The position numbers and the translations under genes were made by a program. Under the pieces are notes generated by a model. That model was not told the origin of the DNA and did no database searches. It was given only the letters and a program-made list of their open reading frames with translations. From NCBI GenBank assembly GCA_051294905.1, contig CM119378.1:7130001-7194000 (forward strand): a DNA stretch of 64,000 nt, given 5' to 3'. How positions within the stretch are numbered: the stretch's first letter is position 1; each line of letters begins with the position of its first letter. The stretch comes from Botryllus schlosseri. Lineage: Eukaryota. Positions 12,601 to 21,979 of this stretch are shown here, in pieces.

Positions 12601-15600
12601 GGCGTAGGGTGATTCGTCAAAGTCAACAATAGTGTACACGTGAACGTGCAATAAGATCAGTGATCCCGCCATATCAGAATGATCAAAATATGCAGAGAAC
12701 ATCGACCTGCGAATAGTTCCGTTACGATCTGGGCTTCGATGCGACATTAGAATACCGAGGATTAGAAAATTGGTGAAAGTTAAAATGTATACATCCTCAC
12801 GCGAGGATGAGTACATTCATTGCGAAATAATTGCTGAAAAAACAACAACACAATATCTATATCTAGATGCTGTAGCACTTGTCATTTATAGCTTTGTATA
12901 ACATTGTATTTTGTAGGGCTGGGCAAAATGATTCGAGTACTCGAATCTGATTCGAGTAGTAATTTTAATGATTCAAGTCGAGTAGTAAAAGACGATTTTT
13001 TCGAGTACTGAAATTATACGGTCCTCGCAACTGAAAGTTAATTTACTGACGAGAATTATAGTTTTGATACTATTTTCCACTGAGGAAGCCGTGAAACCTT
13101 GATTGGCCGTGTTTCAGCATACCAGGCACAGTTTAAAACTACGAACGGTGCTGGAAATAACGCATTTCCGAAGTCAGCATCATCCAACAAAATTGTTAAG
13201 AAGTGCAATGAAATCGGTATGGTCGAAAAAATACCAAATCATCTTTAATGTGATGGAAAACAGGCATTATGTTCTTTGTGGTGGCATTAAAGGTTCATAT
13301 TTGGACTTCGACATATCACATCCAGTTGTGACGTCATAATGAGTGATACTCGATTACTCGACTCGACTCGAAGCATATTACGTGATTCAGAATCGAATCA
13401 CTCAGGTACTCGATTTTGCCCCGCCCTATTGTATTTGTTCTGGACAGTACGCGAATCCAATATATTGCCTATGCGTGTGGGTTTACGATCAAGCCGTAGG
13501 AAACTCCGAATCGCAAGCTGATAGACAATAGATTAAAAGATATGGGACATATCAACTTCATACGCTGTGTCTCAGTAAACAATGATTTTGGAATAGATTC
13601 AAGAGAATATTATTATCATCCGCGTCATTTATAATAAATTTCTTTCGATTCATCGGTCACCCGATTAGTAATGGCGGTAGCAACGCATACGACCTTCCAA
13701 GCAAACTTAAAACTATGTAACTCTATGGTCGTCTAATTAGCAGAGATGAGCATGGATTAGGATTAGGTTTTGAAAAAACAGGATTTGTGAAATTTTGTCG
13801 GATTTGGATTAGACATTTTTTTCAGAACGGATTAGGATTGGATTTACATATTTTCTGGGAGATTGAAATGTCGTGCGGCGAATGGCGACAAACTTTATTC
13901 AGATCAGTTATTAATGTTCTTATGGTTACTAAGTTATCTTGAATCAAGTGAATCGTTGGTTGTGAAAGAAAATTTTCGAATCCCTCCATTGCATTAATTG
14001 GTATTTTTCTGAATTTCCAGTTGGAATCGGATTAGGATTGGACATTGGACATGGACTTGAATATGAAAAAGTTATGGATTAGGATATGGATTTGGATTTG
14101 AAGGTTCGGATTTGGATTGGATTAGGACATAGAAATTTCAAATCCGCTCATCTCCGCTAATTAGACTAATTAGAGCGAAATGTCGATAATCTAATTCTAA
14201 TACAATTTGTGAAATGCTCTAACTTTAGTTCTAATCACTGAAAATGCTACAAGAGAACTGTAGAGTGCAAAATGAGCTAATCTTGATGTGCAGACATCTC
14301 AGTGCATCTGAGAATGAACTACGAAATTTGAAATGAACTGAGCTTGATATTTGCTGTGTTTCTTTCCAAGTTTTTGCATCAGTAATTCTATTCTAGTTTG
14401 AAAAGTTGAAGATTTTCTACTTATCCATATAAATCTACTTCAACGACCTGCATTTGTGAACGACTGGTAAGTCCCAAAGACTCATCTCGTAGCATCAGGT
14501 ATCAAAAGAATGAATTCTGACACATATCCTTAATGTTGGATCCATTCCCGTTATTGTGAAGTTTTAACACGCATTGCATATCATGTAGCGTAAATGTCGA
14601 ATCGAAGAATGCTCCGCATGCGTCATATCATACACCGATGGGACGTAAAGTAACACATATTGTCGCCGAATCCAGTAAACCCTTCAAACTATATTGGATC
14701 GCGTTAAGTGCGAACATACTTTCCCACTTTCCCCCACAATCAACGGATAGTAGCATCAGTTATTCGCAACGCGCAAAACCACTTCAGTAATAACGTAAAC
14801 ACAATGCGACCGCCGTAAACAGATACTAGATAATGTAGGTAATGTATCGCATCCCGACGAGGTATTGTTTCACTCGGATTCCGGCGAATAGGCACAGGGC
14901 GGAGTTGAGGCTTTTGTGGTCGACATCGAATGTCGGAAGCATTGTGACTAAAACAGTTGACCAATGAATGATATGTTTAGTGTTTACACGGTCGAGCCCA
15001 GGCGCGCCGCGCTGAATGAGTAGAGTTCATCAACAAGGCACAATCAGCCAAGGATGACCCTACCTCGTAGAAAACACAAACAAACGGTGACATCTCTAAC
15101 CCAACACCTGTCGGGATTCTGTATACACTAGAGCAGATGCCTTGCGCGATGGATTTGTATTTACAGTCGCTTGATTAATAATGCCGGTATATAAACGCAC
15201 ACGACCTTCTAGGACCTGCCTACCAAAACATGACATTTGTAGGTGACAGGTATCGGAAAACTGTGCTATACAAAGTTTAGAAAGCATTCCAATAAAAAAC
15301 AATTCGTTATTTAACCCGATATTGAGAATTTCACGGATTCTATATAACTTTAGGTTTATTCCTCCTGTGCGCTTTTCACCAAAGCGCAAGCGGTATATAT
15401 TATTTGAGGTATATTTATTATAGGAAATAGTACAGCGGCCCGAAAAACCATGCTTCGCTTGTACAGCAGACTTGTACAAACTACTAATCTTGTTGACGGT
15501 CAACTATTTTCTCTTTTTTGAGCAGTATCTAGTTCAAATTGCGTATTTTGAAAAGTAGTTCTAGTTCTAGTTCCGCATTAAAACAATACGTTGTCAAACA

Positions 15601-18600
15601 ACTAGAAACACGTGTCTTCGTTTTGGCGTGAATCGTGATACCTGTGTTCTGATGTGTGATCTTGCAGGATTGCTAGCTCATAATAATCACTACTAACAGT
15701 AGCATAGCAAGTGGGTGGATTTTGGGGATAGAAAGTGAAGCCCTTCCATTTCAGCTGATTCGATCCGATTCCAATAATTAATGGGTTGTTTCGGAATGGA
15801 ATTTATAGTTAGCAGTGTTTTCGTTAGTTAGTTGCGGATTTTTAAAGGCCGTTAGTTCTAGTTCTAGTTTTAGCTGCAAGTTTTGAAAAGTAAATAATTC
15901 TTTTTCTATTTCATTTCGAAAATCCAGTAAAGCTAGTATAAGTCTGGCTAGCAGTAAGCCAGCCGGTGATAATGAATAACGCAGGTACCTATAGTGGTGG
16001 CGTAATCCAGAGCGGTCGTGCCTAATCCCGAGTCCGACACTCCCATGTCGTTTTGTCGGAAATTTTCGTCTTCGCTGTCGGGCCGGTACTGTTTCGAGTG
16101 TCGTTTCTGCCAAGACGCTACAGCGTTCTGCGAGGAACCGCTTGTCTCAGTAGCCGAGGTATCATACAAAGCCGTAGCCGACCACGTCCTGTCTGCAAGC
16201 GAAAAATGAGAGGTCAGTAATATTGTCAGGTTTTTGCAACAGATCAATAAAATAATCTGTAGCCAGAGATGGTCAGTAACGAGGTATTTCTTCTTTTTCG
16301 AACTACTCAAGTATATGTTTTGCCTCGAAGTTTTCAAGTGGCTATGTTCTTATACTACTCCCACACTTCTACTAGAACAGTGTTTTTAGGCAAAACTAAT
16401 TTTTACACTTTAGATTTTTAATTGTAGGAAGTATAGTTTTGGAATAAATTTGTCTCACTTTCATGCGTGAAATAGCCATCGCAGCAGCCGCTGAATATAT
16501 GTTCGAAGATTGTACCCAGGGTTGCATTTAAAACAAAAATCAATTTAAAACAAACATGTTTAAAACATGTTTTTATTATTTTTTTAAAGCCATAATGTCA
16601 CGAATATTCAATTGTGACGTCATGATGGATGGACATGGACATTGACAATTGAAAATATAAGATGAGTATATAGCTCCTTTGACGAAATATCTACGTATAC
16701 TATAGCTGTTGAACCGACTATTTTGAGGGTTCAAACCATCCCTTATCGTATCTGCGTCGGCTATATCGGATGGTAATTGTGCGTAGGCTCATACAACATG
16801 TTTTTTGGAAAGCATTTATACAATTATGGCATAATTATACAACTTTAAAAAAATGTTTTTTCAAAATGGCTTTTGTTTAAAACGGTGTTTAAACAACCGC
16901 TTGTTTTAAATGCAACCCTAATTGTGCCTGTTTTGTAGAGTTGCTAGTCGTTGAAGTTCCTCACTAAGATGCATCGTGTATCCTGGAAAGTAGCCAAGTT
17001 CCAATCAACTGTCAAATGTTAGCGAACTCTCGTCAAAATCTGGAATACTTTTCAGTCTTTTCATTTCTACTTCTACTTGACATAGTTTGACACGCCTTGG
17101 AAATCTGTACTTCATTAGAAATTTATAGAGCTATGCTTCCACTTCCACCCGAGTAGCAACGCTAACTACTTTGATCACCTCTGGAAAAAGTCACCGTAGC
17201 AGCGGGCGCTATAAGCAGACAGTAACTCAAAGTCCATCTCACTTCCAATGTCAGGAGGCAGGCTCAGAGTCCTGCTGTTGGGACGGGACCGTTCCAGCGG
17301 TCCGAGCAGGTAGGATACTTTCTTCAGAGTCTGTCCGTCTGTCCATGCGACGCTCGACTGGTTGTCCTCGTCGGGTGAGTCCCCTGGGGTGAAGCTGGTC
17401 GCGGTCGTGCCCATGGACAGCCGGCTGTACCCGCGGATGCGGCTGCTACCTCGTCTGTAGTCTAGCGGGCGGAGTAGCAGCTTGAGAAGCTTGTATTCCC
17501 GGTAGAGTCTGCTTCTGCAGAGATATCGAAACAATTTGTCAATCAGGCAATGTATTTATATTTTCTGAGATCGATTTTTTCTCTGTATTAGCATAATCGA
17601 TTCGCGCAAAACTTGATAGCACCTATTGTTGTTTGCGGTATTCCTAGAATTTTTCGACCATGATGGTCATTTACACCTGGCCGATTTTCTTTATATTTAG
17701 TTTCGTATCCGCCGATTTGTAGCACGCCCACTTCTATAGGCTTTTTCACACCGATTACACCCAAAATTGATAGCATCGATTGTATTGATTGTACGTTACT
17801 CATCTTAGAATACCAATTTTTCGTCATGGACTTTTCATTATGCTACGTTACGTTAATCAATCCACCTATCTCCGACACTAGCACACCGAAACGAAGGCGA
17901 AGACTTTTCCATAAAACTCACTGATAAAACAAAGGAAGCCGATTCTTGAGCGCCCAGACAAGGACACGCTCTTTCTCGTCATCCTTCGCGCCGTAAGGAG
18001 GTTCCCCAAATAATCCGTGCACAGCGTCGGGGTTGGTAAATTCCGATACGAGAGAGTTGGATCGCTGATAGGCAGCGACGAAGTCTTGTACAGCCCCGCT
18101 TTTTGAAATCTCGTGAAAGGTACCGGTCAGCCGATCGTACCGTAGGCGAAGCGGAAAAGACTGTTGGTGAAGCAAATCGTGGAGTTGAAGGGTTCATACG
18201 CAGAGTTGAATGGATAATGTATGCCGCCAATTACGAATATGCCATTACACAACAAAATCACTGGGTGAAAAGGTCACATACATAGCCTACTTTCAAGGTG
18301 ATAAAAACGACTGAACCAATCTACAGAATGCAAGGCCCAACCTACGTGAACGATAGAGCATGACGAAAGACTCACTTCGACCGCAGAAAGTTATTACATC
18401 ATGCGCATATAATTAACATGGAAAATCGTCTACAGGGTAAACACCTGACGAATCTCCTGCTTTGCATCGGCGTCATCGTGATGGTGATACCAAATTTTAA
18501 CCAACACGTTTCGTATATACTGACCTTTCTCCACACCCGCATTGCTTATGAGACCCTAAGCGCACAATAATTAGGGTACGATATTTGACTACTGAGGAAT

Positions 18601-19669
18601 GCCTATATGCACCGACAATACTATATGTTTATCGAATTCTCATTTTTCGATGACTTGAAAACACGAACTAGCTAACATTGCGATCGTTAAAGTGCAATAA
18701 TACGGAACAGTTAAGGTAATCATGAGACAATCTTGATTTGATCTCGAGGAAAGCATTTCAAAACGAGATGGTGAACGTGTTGCTCAGTAAATATTGTCCT
18801 GTAGGTTTTAAGTGTCGCAGGACTTCTAAGTCGAAAATACAGAGCATAAATGAAATTAAATGACATTCTTCCACGAAATAAGTCTTATAGCAACCTACCG
18901 GCAAAGTCAGGAATACGTTGAAATATTCCAAGAACAGGTCATCGCAAGACAGTGACTCCTCCAGCCGATCGGGCAAAATAGAATCGCTTCCTACGCGACA
19001 AGAATAATATACGTTTCAAGCCACACAGTTTATCATCGGTTAGTAGTATGTGAAGAATAGGGTGTGTGAGACCCCGAACAGCTCAATATATCCATTATTT
19101 GGTATTTTGATCTTCTCGCTATTTTCGAGATGAATATGCGTATAGTAAAATAAACACTACGGAATAATTTAACCACAAGAATTCTCATCGTTGGCCGCGA
19201 CCTATCAGTTCAGTTTAATTCTAATTTCATCATTTAAACACCACAAGATTGCGATAGAATGAAAGATAGGAACAAGTCGAAACGATTTGTTGAAGTCAGG
19301 GATATATAGAGTTCTATATATCCCTGGTTGAAGTCTTTCAATCAGACATCCACCTTGTAGACATATGTGAACAAAATGCATGCACATCGCACAGTAGACA
19401 CATAAGGCAACGATATTAATAAACTCGCTTCGGAACATGAAGCGATCTTACGGGTTTTCGAAATATATACATTAGTCACACAAAACCCTTTCTTCGCAAT
19501 ATAGGCTACAACAAATCTGCCTATCCGTCCCCATACAATAGTCGACCACCAATTTTAACGCAAATAATTCCAACTTACGCCATCGCATAGTCCTAATGTA
19601 TTTTAATCACCGATTATAATACAAAATGCATCTCGATTTCTATGCAAAGCGGCTCTACTCACCCCTCAT
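622..19669 (-). CDS. RGS22: RGS22/RGSL1-family multi-RGS-domain protein, multi-exon, 3' end beyond left edge of window
   Basis: Phase-consistent GT-AG exon chain: 19663-19669 (ATG AGG G), 18899-18990, 17922-18160, 17243-17514, 15989-16192, 12319-12486, 10878-10983, 9877-10105, 8161-8270, 7601-7781, 5683-5818, 3538-3689, [3172-3372 unresolved], 2076-2227, 1889-2013, 783-944, 622-683. The N-terminus MRGSDSILPDRLEESLSCDDLFLEYFNVFLTLP-SFPLRLRYD...WALKNRLPLFYQSRLYREYKLLKL matches the RGS22/RGSL1 N-terminal signature. RGS-like motifs: FLNFMSETGGIGLISFWIDAEAFK, QYDALRRLRSYWLPRYIVH, ALDSEPDAGCPFRQYL, NSYDLWITLEHL, AWKIFSNFVWPVDAPKSINLPG. RGS22 versus RGSL1 orthology is not resolved. Confidence 0.8.
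1220..1584. repeat. Foldback (long inverted-repeat) element; family members at about 22325-22440, 23199-23303, 24043-24480 and 58715-59085
   Basis: Arms 1246-1330 and 1373-1457 are near-perfect reverse complements. An outer pair ATCAGTCACGATTTACT (1220) / AGTAAATCGTGACTGAT (1568) extends the structure. Confidence 0.8.
4090..4325 (+). repeat. Dispersed repeat shared with about 32770-32992
   Basis: Shared blocks TGAAACATGATACAGGAAAT, TTATACAGGAAATGACAACCCGAC and CATTACATTTTGGAACGATTC, in the same order in both copies. Confidence 0.75.
4682..5589. mobile_element. Non-autonomous hAT (Charlie-like) element, 908 bp
   Basis: TIR CAGCGGTTCTCAACC / GGTTGAGAACCACTG; perfect 8-bp TSD GACTACCT (4674-4681 and 5590-5597). 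An internal piece recurs at about 22815-22925. Confidence 0.9.
4891..5039 (+). mobile_element. SINE/LINE-like 3' end with (GAT)n tail, nested in the hAT element; second copy at about 48286-48405
   Basis: About 120 bp near-identical to 48286-48405; ends in AATAAAC followed by a (GAT)n microsatellite at 5017-5039. Confidence 0.5.
6155..7334. mobile_element. Non-autonomous TIR element (TAGGG termini, GTGAAC/GGTTC subterminal repeats), 1180 bp
   Basis: TIR TAGGGATGGTGTGAAC / GTTCACACCATCCCTA; flanks GTAAGTAAA / GTAAGTATA (9 bp, 1 mismatch). Contains a truncated GACTC-family end at 6653-6718. Confidence 0.85.
8444..8592. repeat. Imperfect tandem duplication, about 77-bp unit x2
   Basis: GGCGGAG..ATAAAGTT...TAATC.TGTGATTAAAAAC.GCTAATCG repeated at 8444 and 8521. 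Confidence 0.65.
10151..10470. repeat. Imperfect tandem duplication, about 155-bp unit x2
   Basis: ACTTAACATACAACCCACGG (10151) recurs as ACTTAACATTCAACCCACGG (10306), with matching GGTTGCAAAAAAATT...TACCCAAAAT and TTTAGCCA blocks. Confidence 0.8.
11489..12154. mobile_element. Non-autonomous hAT-like element, 666 bp
   Basis: TIR CAGTGGTTCCTTAAC / GTTTAGGAATCACTG; degenerate 8-bp TSD ATGTAGTG / AAGCAGTG. Confidence 0.7.
12914..13428. mobile_element. Non-autonomous TIR element (TAGGG termini, CTCGA/TCGAG subterminal repeats), 515 bp
   Basis: TIR TAGGGCTGGGCAAAAT / ATTTTGCCCCGCCCTA; flanks TTGTATTTTG / TTGTATTTG. Confidence 0.8.
13741..14156. mobile_element. Non-autonomous hAT-like MITE with GGATT pentamer arrays, 416 bp
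   Basis: TIR CAGAGATGAGC / GCTCATCTCCG; perfect 8-bp TSD CTAATTAG (13733-13740 and 14157-14164). Confidence 0.85.
16264..17183. mobile_element. Abundant intronic MITE family with CAGAGGTGRTCA termini and CTACTT/AAGTAG internal repeats
   Basis: Ends CAGAGATGGTCAGTAACGAGG (16264) and GACTACTTTGATCACCTCTG-like (17183); no TSD seen. Related ends or bodies at about 1700-1857, 3701-3720, 12160-12227, 24694-25082, 27170-27342 and 56960-57162. Confidence 0.7.
16517..16920. mobile_element. Non-autonomous hAT-like MITE (TTTAAAAC subterminal repeats), nested in the preceding element
   Basis: TIR CAGGGTTGCATTTAAAACAA / TTGTTTTAAATGCAACCCTA; TSD ATTGTACC / ATTGTGCC. Confidence 0.85.
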
Positions 19670-20146
19670 GCTAGATGACCACCAGCCGACGGCATCGCAA
19701 TTATGACACTCGTTGATTGATCGGATACACTCTCGCCCGAGATACTATTTGCACTGGATTGCAGAACAAGTACTTCACTGTGGGTAAGCGCTGGGCGTAT
19801 TGTGCTTCGCGGATTATATTCCCGCAATTGTTTCGCGTGGATTGTTGCCAAAGACAACAAGTGGCTCACCTGGCAAATTAGCGACCCTGATAGCGCTAGC
19901 TTGCGGAGATGTTAAAGGCGCGCGAAAGACGATATTCGAAAATCCCAGAAACCCGTGACGCTCTTACCCATTGGCGCAGACCAGCGTGGTGAAAGGCGCA
20001 TTTGACTACGGATTGCGTAGGTTAGTAATCTACAATTTGAACCTCCGAATTTTATATTATTTTCTATATTCAATCCGTCAAAAATTATGACTCATATAAT
20101 AGATAAGTGACGTCGCGTTGTAATTCACCCAAAATTTCTTCCGAAC

Positions 20147-20335
20147 GATACAGCGTAATGGTAGAGCGTCCGGTTTCTTAGTCGGTGTAGGTCGTGGTCT
20201 CAATCTCCAGCCCCCACAGACCAAAGAATTGAATATAGATTGTAAACATTTCTATAAATTGAACGTCAAATTGGAAACCGTGGTTTTCCCGCTAATCGCT
20301 CGGCATACCGGGATAGCATGGAGAAAAATGGTGGT
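20147..20335 (+). mobile_element. tRNA-derived SINE-like element (degenerate)
   Basis: tRNA-like head with an A-box-like CAGCGTAATGGTAGAGCG and a degenerate B box (GGTCTCAATCTCC), followed by a non-tRNA body. The acceptor stem is not intact, so this is not a functional tRNA. Confidence 0.5.
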
Positions 20336-21030
20336 GCCTACCAGATCACCTTAGGCCTACCTAAAGCTTCTATCGCATCTCAATTGTCAAAGCACCTCAA
20401 TGGTGCAGACGAAAATATATAGACCTCTCTTTTCCCCGAAATTATTATTCTCGCTATGCCTGCGATTCACCTACCAACCCAACTAACGTGACCATCTGAC
20501 CAATGACTATACTCAGGCAACAGATGGTTTACCGTGCTACACTGTAACGAAATCTCCCTGCTTACTGCCCAACAACGCGGAATGCTATGTACGAAATAGC
20601 AATCGAAGAGCGACCGCGAGTTGATCTACATTCTACAGTTACACATTATCTTTGCATGGAAGACAGTCGCATTTTACTTTTCCCCGTGAAAAGCAAGAGC
20701 AAGCGACACTTCTTGATATTGCTATTATGTCGCGTTGGTTATCTGCAAGACAAGTCGTCACACAGGACGTATTTCCTATCAATCACTCATAAGTCTATAA
20801 GTTTGGATCAGTGTTGCCAAACTTTTTACACAACGCCGCCCTGGACCGTAAACCTGGTATCGAACGCCCCCTACCCCCGAAAAAACATTGTTTTGCTCAT
20901 TACTCAGTCACTTCGTTGTCGCGTAGACTTCTTGCATTGATCTAATTTATTCGAAACCCGATAAACGTTACGTCAGAGTCATATTTTGCACGAATTCCCG
21001 AACATTTTGTATGAATCTTACATTAAGTGT

Positions 21031-21352
21031 TAGGTTATCATACGTCCTCTTTTAAGAGGATTTCCCCTCTTTTTCGACTTTTTTGAAAGTGTCCTCGGAG
21101 GTCGCCTAAACGTCCTCTTCTTTGGGAATTTTGGTTAAACATAGGGCAAAATTCGACTGAGTCACAGTAAATCAGCACTGAAGTAACGCTCCGGCGACTC
21201 TCGGGGGCTGAGCCAGAAACTAGGCCTTTTTATAGCCAACCGACTGCGAAGTGCAAAAAAATACCATTTTTCAGGATTTTCCTCCGGTGTTACGAGTCTG
21301 AAAATATTGAATAAGTGTCCTCTTTTCAGATTTCCAAAATATGGTAACCCTA
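21031..21352. mobile_element. MITE with TAGGGTTACCAT-type TIRs and GTCCTC subterminal repeats; inverted second copy at 32290-32497
   Basis: Ends TAGGTTATCATACGTCC / ATATGGTAACCCTA. The right end is the reverse complement of the left end of the 32290 copy (TAGGGTTACCATATTTTGGAA). TSD unclear. Confidence 0.65.
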
Positions 21353-21979
21353 GTGTTACCGGAGGTGGATAATTGGTCCATTCATTGTTTGGTTAGTTAG
21401 TTTTGAAAACTCAATGTTGCATAACAATGAACGTATGTGGAGAGTTGCTGACGATTTTCGATTGAAGGCCCCTTGTACGACAGCGAAAACGTGATCATGA
21501 TCATATATATATTCAATATTAATGTATCTAACTTTGGTTCACAGAGCTATTAAACAGACAGTTTCCCATAGTCAATACCGCCCACGTTTACCCCCAGCGT
21601 CCTCCAACCCATAGCTAGCGCTCCTTCAAGATCGTAGCGCCATCAGGAGGGCGCTGGCGCCCACTATGGAAGCCACTGGTCTAGAGATGGTACTTGCGTC
21701 TGGTAAGGTTATTGCTATTTTTTCCTAGCAAAAAATCAGCAACATATTCTGAACACAGAATTAGCGGCCTTGATCTAGGAATAAAAAAAATCGACAATCC
21801 TCTCTCCAGGCATGCAATTGCACGTTACAGACCCAATCCTGGCAACCGTGCATTCACAAAAGACGACACTTCTGACATAACTAGAAACAAATAAAAAGGT
21901 AGTGTTTATTGCAAAACGACGCGCAAACGTCACCGGAAAACGCCAACGTGACGTCACAATACGCAGTACAAACTTCCAA

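Noticed and set aside
15096-15503. 135-aa intronic ORF and the nearby 14740-14964 ORF
   Set aside because: No recognisable domain, AT-rich codon usage, and no phase-compatible splice pair found.
19666-19869. 67-aa ORF MSHLLSL...
   Set aside because: Its stop overlaps the real ATG AGG G|GTGAGT first coding exon; it is most likely RGS22-like 5' UTR (at most a uORF starting at GTG).
20147-20217. Functional tRNA gene
   Set aside because: B box is degenerate and there is no pairing acceptor stem; interpreted as a SINE head.
20809-21678. Single hAT element from CAGTGTTGCC to AGCCACTG
   Set aside because: The two ends are not good reverse complements and the flanks match only 5/8; probably remnants of different elements.
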